Source: Escherichia phage E26. From it: 64,000 nucleotides of DNA. Positions 43,487 through 54,326 of this stretch are shown in pieces (the stretch's first letter is position 1; every line of letters begins with the position of its first letter). Below the pieces are notes generated by a model. That model did not search any database, was not told where the DNA came from, and saw only the letters and a program-made list of their open reading frames with translations. The translations under genes were made by a program, and so were the position numbers. The stretch lies in sequence record MN655998.1; one strand, given 5' to 3'.

Positions 43487-44434
43487 TTAGAACTCACCAA
43501 TTTTCTGCAACATTTTAACTAACGCATTTGTTACAAAATAGTTATAAATTTTACCGCGTGGTGCTGGTTTAGATTTTTCCCATGCTAACAAAATTTCATA
43601 TTCGATGTTATCAGGAATAAATTCAAAATCAATAAGTTCGCGGTTTTCGTCAAAGCGTCGTGCTTCTTCCTCTGTCATCAAAGACTTTGGATCTTCGGCA
43701 TCGAAAATTTGCTCTAACCATTTGGTTGCAATTGGTTTAGCTCGTTCACCTTCCAGCCGTGAGATAATGAAATCACTACGGCACTTGATAGAAGCTACAC
43801 CGTCTTTTGCGTCACCCTTAACACATTTTACCATAAGGTCTTTGTAAGGACTACCATATTTGCATTTCTTCCATGCTTTCTGTACTGGTGCCCACTGTTT
43901 CACATTTTTGTATTTGTGCAACTGTGTGTAGTCACCATCGCCGGAGTTGATTAGCACCTGGCGACCTTCTACAGAAAACTTTTTAGTTAATACAGCGATT
44001 ATATCATCTGCTTCAACTTTGTCAACCTTAATAACGTGATAAGGCATGTTCTCTTTAAACTCTTCGGTGATCTTATTGATCGCAGCAAAGATCATCTCCC
44101 AATCACGCGGATCTGCGTCTCGTTTTTCCTTACGGTTGCGTTTATAGTAAGATGCGATATCACGTCGCCAGTAACCTTTGCTTGAATCAAAGGCAAGTAC
44201 CGTAATTGGGTATTGCTCTTTGAATTTTGTCATATTATAACGCATGGTGTCAAGGATAAGATGACGGATCATGCCTTCATTAATAGGATCTTCCGGTTTA
44301 AAGGTATGCGAGATAGTAGCAATCATAAGCTGCGACATATCAATCAAATGCACACCGTCCGGTAGTTTATCTTCTGGATCATCGAAGAAATCATTAAGTG
44401 TAGCGGTAGTTTTTGTAAACGGGTTATAAGTCAT
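43487..44434 (-). CDS. rnh: RNase H / FEN-like 5'-3' exonuclease
   Basis: 315 aa; IDMSQLMIATI, VLAFDSS, INSGDGDYTQL acidic-cluster motifs as in T4 RNase H. Confidence 0.85.
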   Translation of the reverse strand: MTYNPFTKTTATLNDFFDDPEDKLPDGVHLIDMSQLMIATISHTFKPEDPINEGMIRHLILDTMRYNMTKFKEQYPITVLAFDSSKGYWRRDIASYYKRNRKEKRDADPRDWEMIFAAINKITEEFKENMPYHVIKVDKVEADDIIAVLTKKFSVEGRQVLINSGDGDYTQLHKYKNVKQWAPVQKAWKKCKYGSPYKDLMVKCVKGDAKDGVASIKCRSDFIISRLEGERAKPIATKWLEQIFDAEDPKSLMTEEEARRFDENRELIDFEFIPDNIEYEILLAWEKSKPAPRGKIYNYFVTNALVKMLQKIGEF

Positions 44435-44436
44435 AA

Positions 44437-44622
44437 TTAAGTTCTCTCCACTCTCACAACAACATATTCACCAAACGAGTTAGATACTTCACGGTCATAC
44501 CCGTACTTCTCCATAACTCGCAGAATTGCATTGTTTAATTCGGCACGGAAATAATTATAATCCTTATCAGGGATTCTGTCAACTACCCATTTTGCACCGT
44601 CTGACAAATCAAATTTAACCAT
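44437..44622 (-). CDS. hypothetical protein (61 aa)
   Basis: ORF track. Confidence 0.4.
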   Translation of the reverse strand: MVKFDLSDGAKWVVDRIPDKDYNYFRAELNNAILRVMEKYGYDREVSNSFGEYVVVRVERT

Positions 44623-44660
44623 AATATATCATCCTCTTTTGTTTCTATCAAGCCTTATTT

Positions 44661-44668
44661 TATAAATA
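44661..44668 (+). promoter_or_regulatory. late promoter TATAAATA upstream of gene 34
   Basis: Exact TATAAATA ~28 nt upstream of ATG, RBS AAGGAGA. Confidence 0.55.
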
Positions 44669-44696
44669 TGAACATACTATAAAAGGAGACCCAATA

Positions 44697-47600
44697 ATGG
44701 CAGATTTTTCTCAACATTTCAAGGCCACGTTTGGCTTTGACGCTGGTAATGAAAAGGTCGTCAATGTAGCATTGGCTGATAAGAATGTCAACACCGATGC
44801 GGTCAACGTTGAATTTTTCAATTACCATAATGGTATTACTCAGTATGACACAACTCGCGGTTATGATCAATACGGAACTACAATCTATCAAAACCGTCCG
44901 TATTATGCAAAAGAAGATATCACAAAACCGGCAGGTGATTTTGACCCGACTAAATGGCAAGCACTGCGCACGGACCCACGTTGGGATTATATTGCAGCAA
45001 CTTCCGGTGATACTCCTTTAAAGTCTGGTGATTATATCGCAGCAGATGGTCAATTTGCAAACTTGACTTTCTCTATGCCAACTAAACCAGCAGAGGGAGA
45101 CACTATAACAGTAAAAGATATCGGTGGCAAGTGTGGTGTTAACGAATTATCGTTCTTGAGTTCAGGACATGAGTTTTACCATAACGGTAATGTGTATAAC
45201 CGAAAATGGTATTGCACTACCCCGTATGCAATGAACTATTTCATCTTTGTTCGTAATCGTTGGCATGTTTATCAGACAGGAACAGAGCCACGCGGTGTGT
45301 ACGCACAGCCAGCGATTGATGCTATTCAAATGCAGAATGGTGACCAGGTATTTCGTCGTAGTTCGTTGGGTAATATTACCTTAGTGCTTCCTAAGTTTGC
45401 CAACAATGGCGACATGATCCAGACTACAGACCTTGACGGATTAACCGCAACCAACCACGTTACGGTTAAAGTTCATGAGCACGCAGAAGAACAATCAATT
45501 GGCACGTCCGGTCTAAAAGAGATTATCGGTAAGCGTAGCGGTCATGGTGTATTCATCTTTGACAAGACGGAAAACTTATGGCGTTTGTGGGATGGTGATC
45601 AGTCTGTTCGTCTTAAACCGATCATCGATGACACTCGCTTGCAACCTAATAGCTATGTTGCTGTATTTGGTGATCGTGATGTTACTCTGACGCTGCCGAC
45701 CAATGTCGAGCCGGGTGATCGTATTCAAGTTTCTATGCAGTATATGCACGGAAACCAGAATTGCCGTATTATCACCGCCACAGAGGATACAAAAATCCTT
45801 ATGTCGAAAAACATGGTTCAGTTTCCGAAGCGTAGCGAGTACCCATTCAACGGGACCGACACATGGAAGGAAGTGTCTGAATTGTCGTTCAATGCGGCTA
45901 GTGATTATGTACCTTATCTGGAGTTCTCTTATTCAGAAGGTGATGATGGTAAGAAACATTGGCTGGTAGCACACTCTCATCCGATCGTCGAACGAGTAGA
46001 CCCTACTCGTAAAGAGCGTGTTGGTGTAATTGCACTGGCTACCCAAACTGAAACGAATAAAAACCATGAAGAGAATCCTAGCGACGAAGTTGCAGTAACA
46101 CCAAAAATGCTGGCTAATAAAACCGCCAACGAAACTCGACGCGGTATTGCTCGCATTGCGACTCAAGCGGAAACGCATCAAGATACTGGTTCTAACTTCC
46201 TGGATGATGTTATCGTTACGCCTAAAAAGTTAAATGACTGTGTTGCTACCGAAGCCCGTCGTGGTGTGATGGAAATTGCAACTCAACATGAAACCAATGA
46301 AGGTTTAGACGATACCCGCGCTATTACTCCTAAGAAATTAGAAGAACGTCGCGCTTCCGAAGATCTCGCTGGCATTGCTGAAATTGTTCAGGCTGGCGGT
46401 AGTGCTGCCGCTCGACGTGGCGAAGCTGGTACAGGGATCTATAACATCAACGACCATGCTAAAATTGTTACGCCACAAAACATCAACGAAGTCAAGGCGA
46501 CCGAAACTTCCCGTGGTGTTGGCTATCTGGCAACTGACGCGGAAGTGCAAGGGGCTACAGAATCAACCCCGCAAGATGCTTTACTAATCACGACTCGCAC
46601 GCTAACGAAACGTACTGCTACCGAATCGCGCACTGGTATCGCTGAAATTGCAACTCAGGAAGAAACAAACTTAGGTCAAAGTGATAACCATATCATCACG
46701 CCTAAAAAGCTGCATGGCAAAAAAGCCACCGAAGGTAAAGAAGGTATTATCCGAGTTGGTACTCAAGCCGAAACCGTGGCTGGTACACTGGCTAATGTAG
46801 CAATTTCTCCGAAGAACTTCAAATATGTTGTTCAGACAGAGGATACATGGAAAGCAACAGAAGCGCGTCGTGGATTCTTGAAAGTTGCTACTCAGGAAAA
46901 CTGTTTTGTTGGTGATAATCTGCAAGGTTCTACTCAAGAACTAGGAAACTACCAGCATGACGGAATTGCTGTTACCCCTAAAGGATTAAACTACGCACTT
47001 GCTAATTTCTTACCTAAGATGGCAACCGCTCAGAATAGTTTGAAATTGGGTAACGTAGAGGCCGCTAAATGGGCGCGTAGAGACATTGACCAGACCATAG
47101 AGAGCAATTACACGTTTAATAAAAAAGTTAACGTGAAGGGCGATTTAGAGTGCTTAAAATCAGGTTCCTTTGAAACTCTGTATGTGACTAAGAACTCTAC
47201 TGATGATCCGAGTAATGGTCATCTGGTGTTGGGTGAGCGTGGAGTTGACGGTCACACCGGAATTACTCTGCATGGCACAACCGCATCGGAAGGCATGAAA
47301 AACTCCTGGTCTATTATCGTTGGTGGTACTGGAACGGCGCAAGCAGTTAATAGTGGCGCTATCGCTTTCGGTCAAATCAATGATGGTGGAGTCGTCGAGC
47401 ATTACGCCTTTGCTATGGAACACACTGGCGACGCGACAGCATATAGAAACTTAATGGCAGGTCGTAACCTGTATGCAAAACAAGGCGGTTTATACATTGT
47501 TGACCTGTCTAATCCGGCAATGACTCGTTCCTCAGATGGTATGCTGAATATCGGTCACGGTGGAAGTGTTAACATCAAGGCAGGTTATCAGAATCTGACT

Positions 47601-48131
47601 ACAGAGATCGCCGGACAGAAATATCAGATCGTACACACAGGAAACGCTGACGAAGTTCTTAACCGTCAGTTTGTTAAGAATGCTGGCGATACAATGGTCG
47701 GTAAGCTGACTATGGATAATGCGCCTATTGTTTCTGTTAAGCATGAAGCTAGCGCGGCAACCGCCCCAGCAATCGGTAACATCGGTTTCTGGAATATGCG
47801 AGTTACTACCCAGAACATCAAAGAAACTTATCCAGAGAAGAAAAACGGTACTCTGATGCAATGGGGTACTGACGCGGACGGGCTTACCCAGCTTTGGTCC
47901 CCTGATGGTACTCATAAACATTATATCCGTTCCGGTACTGGTGGTCAATGGACCGCATGGGGTGAAATTTACACCAAACAGAATAAGCCTACCGCTCAGG
48001 AAATCGGGGCAGTAGTTGCAGAAGGTGGTTTAATGAACTCTATGACGGTTCGTGATTGGATCAAAGTTGGTAATGTTAAAATCATCGCCAATAATCTGAC
48101 TCGTACCGTAGACTTTATCTGGGAAGACTAA
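44697..48131 (+). CDS. 34: long tail fibre proximal subunit gp34
   Basis: 1144 aa; repeated ATQxETxxG blocks; synteny 34-35-36-37. Confidence 0.85.
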   Translation: MADFSQHFKATFGFDAGNEKVVNVALADKNVNTDAVNVEFFNYHNGITQYDTTRGYDQYGTTIYQNRPYYAKEDITKPAGDFDPTKWQALRTDPRWDYIAATSGDTPLKSGDYIAADGQFANLTFSMPTKPAEGDTITVKDIGGKCGVNELSFLSSGHEFYHNGNVYNRKWYCTTPYAMNYFIFVRNRWHVYQTGTEPRGVYAQPAIDAIQMQNGDQVFRRSSLGNITLVLPKFANNGDMIQTTDLDGLTATNHVTVKVHEHAEEQSIGTSGLKEIIGKRSGHGVFIFDKTENLWRLWDGDQSVRLKPIIDDTRLQPNSYVAVFGDRDVTLTLPTNVEPGDRIQVSMQYMHGNQNCRIITATEDTKILMSKNMVQFPKRSEYPFNGTDTWKEVSELSFNAASDYVPYLEFSYSEGDDGKKHWLVAHSHPIVERVDPTRKERVGVIALATQTETNKNHEENPSDEVAVTPKMLANKTANETRRGIARIATQAETHQDTGSNFLDDVIVTPKKLNDCVATEARRGVMEIATQHETNEGLDDTRAITPKKLEERRASEDLAGIAEIVQAGGSAAARRGEAGTGIYNINDHAKIVTPQNINEVKATETSRGVGYLATDAEVQGATESTPQDALLITTRTLTKRTATESRTGIAEIATQEETNLGQSDNHIITPKKLHGKKATEGKEGIIRVGTQAETVAGTLANVAISPKNFKYVVQTEDTWKATEARRGFLKVATQENCFVGDNLQGSTQELGNYQHDGIAVTPKGLNYALANFLPKMATAQNSLKLGNVEAAKWARRDIDQTIESNYTFNKKVNVKGDLECLKSGSFETLYVTKNSTDDPSNGHLVLGERGVDGHTGITLHGTTASEGMKNSWSIIVGGTGTAQAVNSGAIAFGQINDGGVVEHYAFAMEHTGDATAYRNLMAGRNLYAKQGGLYIVDLSNPAMTRSSDGMLNIGHGGSVNIKAGYQNLTTEIAGQKYQIVHTGNADEVLNRQFVKNAGDTMVGKLTMDNAPIVSVKHEASAATAPAIGNIGFWNMRVTTQNIKETYPEKKNGTLMQWGTDADGLTQLWSPDGTHKHYIRSGTGGQWTAWGEIYTKQNKPTAQEIGAVVAEGGLMNSMTVRDWIKVGNVKIIANNLTRTVDFIWED

Positions 48132-48164
48132 TTAAAGGGGGCGAAAGCCCCCTATGGGGTTATT

Positions 48165-49304
48165 ATGACACAAGAGATAGAATTACGCAACACTGGAATT
48201 AGGTTTGCGCATTTCGACGAAGACTCTGCGACATTTACCAGCATTTCAGAAAATAACTCTGTGATGTATAAGCTGGAAGTGCGCGGATCTAATGCGGATT
48301 CTACCAAACCAGCAAGGATTAGATTTAATGGAGTGGAGATCGTTGGCACTGGCTATGAAAATGGCCTAAATTTTAAAGTTCTTACTCCAACTGGACAATT
48401 ACACGAAGAAAAGGTATTCTATGGTCGCGGTGCTGTTTTGGCAATGCGTGATTATCTTTCTTTGCTGAAAGGTGACTATATCATTGCGATGGCAACGCAT
48501 GGAGAATTGTTTGCAGATCCGGTAAGTGATGTTGTATTTTCTAAGCTGGGATCTGTATCATTCCCGAATCACATTTTGTTACAGCAAATGCCTCGTGTAT
48601 CATATGCAGCAATTTATTCTACTAAAATGGGTAAAATTGTGTGCGAAGGGATGCAAGCAACTCACGGGGAAGGACAAGATTCATCTATACAAATTGAGAA
48701 AGTCTATGATACTATAGATGATCTTGCTATAACAGGAACACCACAACGATTTTTAGATTATCCGGTTGAGTATGTTAGCGAAGATGCCGAACATTTCGAG
48801 CTAATACAATGGCCTCACGATGAGATCAGCGCCCCACTTGAGGATTTTAACATAAAGGCAGGTGACAAACTATCAATATCCTTTGAATTGTTCCGTGATA
48901 GTGCCGCAGCCGCAGCCAACGTAACCGCGCGTTTCTATCACAACTACTTCACCGATGGACAATATCAAACTGGTGTTCGATACAATGCCAGCAAAAAAGA
49001 TCAATGGGAAAAGTTTGAAGCAGTCTATACCGTACCGGAAGGTGTCGATAGTGTAGTAACTGGTTGTATCAGATATCCAACCAACTCAAATGAAGGTATT
49101 GTTAAAATTAGAAACATACTAATAACGCCGATCAGTGGAGTCGTCAAAACTACTGGTCCTACTTCATTTGGTGTTAATGGTGTTAGAACAACTCATATTC
49201 AGGATAACGGTGATTTTACTAACCCTGTAATGAGTCTTCTTAAACTGCCTAGAGATAATAAACACATCACATCCAACAACTTTAAAGAGTTCGATGTTGA
49301 TTAA
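48165..49304 (+). CDS. 35: long tail fibre hinge connector gp35
   Basis: 379 aa, synteny. Confidence 0.7.
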   Translation: MTQEIELRNTGIRFAHFDEDSATFTSISENNSVMYKLEVRGSNADSTKPARIRFNGVEIVGTGYENGLNFKVLTPTGQLHEEKVFYGRGAVLAMRDYLSLLKGDYIIAMATHGELFADPVSDVVFSKLGSVSFPNHILLQQMPRVSYAAIYSTKMGKIVCEGMQATHGEGQDSSIQIEKVYDTIDDLAITGTPQRFLDYPVEYVSEDAEHFELIQWPHDEISAPLEDFNIKAGDKLSISFELFRDSAAAAANVTARFYHNYFTDGQYQTGVRYNASKKDQWEKFEAVYTVPEGVDSVVTGCIRYPTNSNEGIVKIRNILITPISGVVKTTGPTSFGVNGVRTTHIQDNGDFTNPVMSLLKLPRDNKHITSNNFKEFDVD

Positions 49305-49315
49305 CATTTTTAACA

Positions 49316-49337
49316 AGCCGATCCATGTGGTCGGCTT
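49316..49337 (+). terminator. intrinsic terminator AGCCGATCC-atg-TGGTCGGCT + T-run
   Basis: Hairpin then TTTATTTTTAT; same hairpin in opposite orientation at 59756..59777. Confidence 0.5.
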
Positions 49338-49465
49338 TATTTTTATACAGTTGGTTAAATTGTAACCAAAACGAAGAAAGATCTTTAGAATAATAGAAAA
49401 TTTGTTTCGGTTAAAAATTAGTCAGTGCCTACGGCACGTCGCGAAGCGATATTTTGTTAACATTC

Positions 49466-49473
49466 TATAAATA
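49466..49473 (+). promoter_or_regulatory. late promoter TATAAATA upstream of gene 36
   Basis: Exact TATAAATA ~34 nt upstream of ATG. Confidence 0.55.
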
Positions 49474-49506
49474 CTCGGAACTATAACTAATTTTTGAGGT
49501 TACTTT

Positions 49507-50997
49507 ATGGCAGATTTGAAATATGGATCTACTGTAGGCGGATCTCCCATTTGGACGCAAGGAAACTTGACGATCCAGCCAGCGGGGGATCAGCTTTTCT
49601 ACAAAGGTCATAAAATCTATACCGCTTTTGATAGACCTTCGGCTACCGATTTTGATGCTGTTAGTGCATCCGAAGGTGGCACATTTCAAAAGCAAGTTCA
49701 TTTCGAGGAAGGTTTAAGCGTAGGTAGCGCATCGGCTGGAGAAACCAAAAAGAATGGTATCTTTAAAGGCCAGAGTGATGCCGCTAATTTTGACGGCGTA
49801 AGCTGGGGTTTGCATTCATGGAAGTCAATCGGCTTTGTTAATGCCCGTGATGGCGTTATTATGGCGTATATTGACACCACAACGGGCGAATTTAAGTCTA
49901 AAGGGACTATCGAAGGGACAACCATTAAAGACACAGGTCAACGCGTCTATAGCCCTGTTAATAAACCAACGAATAATGATTTAGATTTGGTATCTCGTCG
50001 CGGTGATACTCTCACAGGAACATATAATTTAAACACTGTCACTGTTAAACTATCGGTTGATTCGAAATTAATTGCAAGGGAACGTGATTTAATTAATTTT
50101 GATGCGACTAAGATCTATTATGGTAACGTTCTTGATACGTTGGTATTCCGAAGTAAAGATGAGCCTACCATTTTTGTTAATGGCAGAGAAGGTCGTTTTT
50201 ATCACACCAACAATAAACCAACTAAAGCCGATGTTGGGCTAGGCAATGTCACCAATGATGCACAGGTTAAACGTGCTGGTGATATTATGGAAGGTAACTT
50301 GCAAGCGCCTAGAATGTTGGCGACAAACGATCCTGCTGGTCCTAATGAATTGGTTCGTTTGAGCTACTTTGAGAGAAAATCAATGGTAGCAAATCCAACC
50401 ATCATTGGAAACGTTGATTGGAACACTCTTATTAATCGCGGTATCTATCGTGTGGAAAATGCTGGGTCGGGTACTAATAAACCGTCTGATAGTTATTATA
50501 ACGGCGTTTTAATGGTATATCGCCCAGAAGATGCGGTCGGTACTCGTCGAATTGTTCAGGTGTATTATCCTGAATCTATTGACCATCCGATGTGCTGGCG
50601 TTCGTGTTCTAATGAATCATGGACTGCATGGAACTATGTAGATCACCGTAAATTGGCTGATATTCGCTATGTTAACGTCACCGGCGATACCATGACAGGA
50701 CCGTTAACTGTTCCGGCTGCAAACGGTGTTAGAACGGCTAGAGGTGCATATAATGGTGATAACTACTATGCCGGGTTAAATAGTGCTGATGGTACTGCTA
50801 TGATTCACCGCATTAGTGATATTAAAGGGACCGAAAAGCTGGGGATCACCCACGACTCAAAGGTCGTGTTTTTCCGTTCTAGAAACAATACTCAAACCCT
50901 GGACCGCTATCAGCTTTATCATGAAGGTAATAAACCTACTCCGGCTGATGTTGGAGCGGTTCCACTTAATGCGGTGATTGATTTTGGTACTTTCTAA
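49507..50997 (+). CDS. 36: long tail fibre proximal-distal connector gp36 (extended form)
   Basis: N-terminus MADLKYGSTVGGSPIWTQGN resembles T4 gp36 start; 496 aa. Confidence 0.7.
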   Translation: MADLKYGSTVGGSPIWTQGNLTIQPAGDQLFYKGHKIYTAFDRPSATDFDAVSASEGGTFQKQVHFEEGLSVGSASAGETKKNGIFKGQSDAANFDGVSWGLHSWKSIGFVNARDGVIMAYIDTTTGEFKSKGTIEGTTIKDTGQRVYSPVNKPTNNDLDLVSRRGDTLTGTYNLNTVTVKLSVDSKLIARERDLINFDATKIYYGNVLDTLVFRSKDEPTIFVNGREGRFYHTNNKPTKADVGLGNVTNDAQVKRAGDIMEGNLQAPRMLATNDPAGPNELVRLSYFERKSMVANPTIIGNVDWNTLINRGIYRVENAGSGTNKPSDSYYNGVLMVYRPEDAVGTRRIVQVYYPESIDHPMCWRSCSNESWTAWNYVDHRKLADIRYVNVTGDTMTGPLTVPAANGVRTARGAYNGDNYYAGLNSADGTAMIHRISDIKGTEKLGITHDSKVVFFRSRNNTQTLDRYQLYHEGNKPTPADVGAVPLNAVIDFGTF

Positions 50998-51002
50998 TTT
51001 TA

Positions 51003-51027
51003 GCGGGGAGACAATCCCCGCTTTTCT
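51003..51027 (+). terminator. hairpin GCGGGGAG-acaa-TCCCCGC + TTTTCT (partial terminator/attenuator)
   Basis: GC stem between genes 36 and 37. Confidence 0.4.
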
Positions 51028-51067
51028 AAATAATGTTATTCTAATAACCGTTTAAGGATTTTATAAA

Positions 51068-54013
51068 ATGGCAGATTTAAGCAGAATCCAATTTAAACGC
51101 ACTAGCACTAAAGGTCGTCGACCGGATGCTAGTACGATGAATCCGGGGGAATTGGCAATCAACCTTGCGGATCAATATCTTCTTACTAAAAATGATTCCG
51201 GTGCTATTATCAATTTAAGTTGTCCTCCGGTTTATGACCGTGACGTTACAATGGCGGGTAAAGTTAAAGGTAATAATTATATCTTAAGTAAAACCGCTAA
51301 CTATCTGGAAGATCAGACAGCGCGAGATCTTAACTACTTTGGCGCTTTCCGTACCAATGGTCTTGATGGTTTTCTAGAACTAACGCTAAACGTTCCTCAT
51401 CCTACTGGTGTTCAGCATGGTCGAGGATTTACTTTCCAGTATGGACACACTGGATCGCGTGTAGAAACTTATGGCTATAATAAAGAAGGTCAAAAAGCAT
51501 TTAGCTATAAAATGTATCATGAAGGTGATAAACCAACTCCAGGAGAATTGAACGTTTATAGCAAACAAGAAGTAGATAGAATGTTTGTTAAGAACGTTAA
51601 ACTTGCTACATCTCCTAGTGATATCGTTGAAGGCTATTTTAAATTAGCAACTGCAATGATTCCACAAAACGGTCTTAGCGTATTTTTCCGTATTCATGGT
51701 GGTAACGGATATAACGTTACTGCATACGATCAAGTTGATATTGTAGAAATTGTTATTCGCAGTGGAAATGGTCGCCCTAAAGGTGTTAACGTTATTGCAT
51801 ATCGCCGAAATACAAACAAATCATTTGATGTTTTGGCTGTTAATACTTCTGGTGATAACTATGATATCTATGTGAAATATCAGCGTTACACTGATAACGT
51901 TATTGTTGAATTTGGTAAAAGTGTTGGTGTTAATCTGGTAGTTCATGACGTTCCAGACTTTGTTGTTGATCGTCCTGTTGGTGATAATGTTATTGGCGGT
52001 CGCGCGGTAACTCTTTTTAACACCGAAAACAAACGAGGTGTGTTGAGTTTTGACGATAACACACAAAATAGTTATGATATTGTTCACTTGAGTAATGATA
52101 AAGGTACTGGAAGGAAATATATTCGTAAATTCCGTAGTAACTATAATGAAATGATCTGGCATGAGACTGTTCAAGGTTCTACTTATCGACTCGCCACGGG
52201 TAGTACAGATGCTCAGGAGATTCTATCCGTTGAATCTAGTAGCTCTATTGCTGGGACTCATAAAGGTAATATTCTTTCTGGTCGAATGATGTTAGGTGGC
52301 GGTAGTAATGTTATTACCTTGCGGCGTCCTGCTGGTCAATCCAACCATATTGCGTTTCAAGATAATCGGACTGGAGCTATTACCCGTCAAGGGTGGATCG
52401 GTTATGGTAATGCTGATACTAACGTTTTTGAATGGTATAGTGATGTAGGTGGTAGTTCTATTCGTCACCACATCGACGGACAGATCGAACTTGCAACCGG
52501 TAACACAAAACGCGTTTATACTAACGCTCAATTCATCTCAATGAATAGCGACGCCTACCGCATGCTCTACGGTAATTATGGTGCATTCTGGCGTAATGAC
52601 GGCGTTAAAGTTTATCTTCTTTCTACTGCCGAAAATGATACAATGGGCGGATGGAATGCCTATCGTCCATTCATTTATGATTTAACTTCCGGTAACGTTC
52701 AATTAGGCGGTGATGGTAACGAAGAAGCATTAACGTTAGAACGTGCTTCTCGTGCCGCTCGCTTTAGTAATGACGTTTACATTAAGAAAGGGCTTTTGAC
52801 TTTCGACGCTGGTCGCTCTGGATCTCGCGATTATATTCGATTTAATCATTGGGGTGATAGTAATAATGCCCGTGATAACGTTTTGTACATAGAAGATAGT
52901 CAAGGCCGACATTTTAGCACAGAACGTGCGATGGGTACTGGTGCTCTTAAAGCATACTTCTTAGGCGATCTTGAAGTCGGTGGTAAGTTTACTTGGGGTA
53001 AAAATACAGCTACATCTAGCTTTAATATTCGTGCATGGGGTAATGATTCCCGTAAACAAGTATTAGAATGCGCGGATGAAAGTGGTTGGCATTGGTATAC
53101 CCAACGTCCAGGCGGTCCGGGAACAAATGAGATTATATTCAATGTTAACGGGAAAGTTCAATCTCAGGGTTTTGAGACTTCTGGTAATATTAAGATAACT
53201 GGACCAGACATTGAGTTTCGTCGCACTGGCAATAAGCACATCTGGTTTAGAGATCCTGACGGCTTAGAATTGGGTTTGATTTATTGTGACGACAACGGCG
53301 TTATTCGTTTCCGTGGTCAAAAACAAACTCAAGATTGGATATTTGGCAATAAGACGATCCAATTAGGAACTAGTGCTACTGTTAGTGGATCTGGTAACGG
53401 TTTGATTCGCGGACAAGTTCAAGGTGGTGCTTGGACACAATGGAGAGATCGTGCTGCTGGCTTATTGGTTGATTGTCAGAATACCGAAAACTCTGCACAT
53501 AACGTGTGGAAAGCGACACATTGGGGCAAATTCCACATTGCAGCTATGGGTATTCACGTTTCAGGTGGAAATATAGCAAACGCATTGGCGCGTCTACATG
53601 TTAATGATGCAACTTTTGACCATAGTGCGAGCGGTGACTTCCAGGCAAGCCGTAATGGTAGCTTTAACGATGTTTATATTCGTTCTGATGCTCGCCTTAA
53701 AATCAATAAGGAAGAGTATAAAGAGAATGCCACAGATAAAGTTAATCGCTTGACGGTATACACCTATGACAAGGTTAAATCTTTAACCGACCGTACTGTC
53801 ATTGCTCATGAAGTTGGTATTATTGCACAGGATCTTGAAAAAGAATTGCCGGAAGCAGTAACAACTTCTAAGGTCGGCGATCCTGATAAGCCAGAAGAGA
53901 TCTTAACAATTTCTAACTCTGCTGTCAACGCTCTTTTAATTAAGGCGTTTCAGGAAATGAGCGAAGAATTGAAAGCCGTTAAAGCTGAACTAGCGGAACT
54001 TAAAAAGAATTAA
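51068..54013 (+). CDS. 37: long tail fibre distal subunit gp37 with C-terminal intramolecular-chaperone-like domain
   Basis: MADLSRIQFKRTSTKGRRPDA...GELAINL resembles T4 gp37 start; C-terminal SDARLK (Ser-x4-Lys) box as in S74-type autocleaving chaperone domains. Confidence 0.8.
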   Translation: MADLSRIQFKRTSTKGRRPDASTMNPGELAINLADQYLLTKNDSGAIINLSCPPVYDRDVTMAGKVKGNNYILSKTANYLEDQTARDLNYFGAFRTNGLDGFLELTLNVPHPTGVQHGRGFTFQYGHTGSRVETYGYNKEGQKAFSYKMYHEGDKPTPGELNVYSKQEVDRMFVKNVKLATSPSDIVEGYFKLATAMIPQNGLSVFFRIHGGNGYNVTAYDQVDIVEIVIRSGNGRPKGVNVIAYRRNTNKSFDVLAVNTSGDNYDIYVKYQRYTDNVIVEFGKSVGVNLVVHDVPDFVVDRPVGDNVIGGRAVTLFNTENKRGVLSFDDNTQNSYDIVHLSNDKGTGRKYIRKFRSNYNEMIWHETVQGSTYRLATGSTDAQEILSVESSSSIAGTHKGNILSGRMMLGGGSNVITLRRPAGQSNHIAFQDNRTGAITRQGWIGYGNADTNVFEWYSDVGGSSIRHHIDGQIELATGNTKRVYTNAQFISMNSDAYRMLYGNYGAFWRNDGVKVYLLSTAENDTMGGWNAYRPFIYDLTSGNVQLGGDGNEEALTLERASRAARFSNDVYIKKGLLTFDAGRSGSRDYIRFNHWGDSNNARDNVLYIEDSQGRHFSTERAMGTGALKAYFLGDLEVGGKFTWGKNTATSSFNIRAWGNDSRKQVLECADESGWHWYTQRPGGPGTNEIIFNVNGKVQSQGFETSGNIKITGPDIEFRRTGNKHIWFRDPDGLELGLIYCDDNGVIRFRGQKQTQDWIFGNKTIQLGTSATVSGSGNGLIRGQVQGGAWTQWRDRAAGLLVDCQNTENSAHNVWKATHWGKFHIAAMGIHVSGGNIANALARLHVNDATFDHSASGDFQASRNGSFNDVYIRSDARLKINKEEYKENATDKVNRLTVYTYDKVKSLTDRTVIAHEVGIIAQDLEKELPEAVTTSKVGDPDKPEEILTISNSAVNALLIKAFQEMSEELKAVKAELAELKKN

Positions 54014-54053
54014 GGAAACTCCCAGGGAAGGGAACTACTAAGGAGAAACGGCT

Positions 54054-54293
54054 ATGGTCTATAATATCGTCATTGGTGCTTTGTCTAATTTCGGAATGAA
54101 ATTATTGTCAAAGTTAATTAGTGAAAAGATGCTCACTAAAATTTTCTTCTATTGCGCTCGTCGTCTTGCGGCTTATACCAATACGCCAATTGATGACCGT
54201 TTCGTGGAAGAACTTTATAAGGAGTTTAATAAAGATCAGTCAGAAGATAGTAACGAGCAAGATAAACCTAGTGATAGTCAACTACCTAAATAA
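54054..54293 (+). CDS. hypothetical protein (79 aa) at the position of gene 38
   Basis: Hydrophobic N-terminus, acidic C-terminus; no similarity to gp38 adhesin recognised. Confidence 0.4.
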   Translation: MVYNIVIGALSNFGMKLLSKLISEKMLTKIFFYCARRLAAYTNTPIDDRFVEELYKEFNKDQSEDSNEQDKPSDSQLPK

Positions 54294-54326
54294 GAGTACA
54301 CTGTCATAGTTATCTTAGGGCATTAT

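Noticed and set aside
49305-49506. 200-bp non-coding spacer between genes 35 and 36 as a possible tRNA or small RNA locus
   Set aside because: No cloverleaf-compatible stems or conserved tRNA boxes seen by eye; the spacer is explained by a terminator hairpin plus a TATAAATA late promoter
54054-54293. Gene 38 (tail-fibre adhesin/chaperone) at its T4 position
   Set aside because: The 79-aa product has no Gly-rich receptor-binding repeats and is far smaller than gp38; treated as an unrelated hypothetical protein
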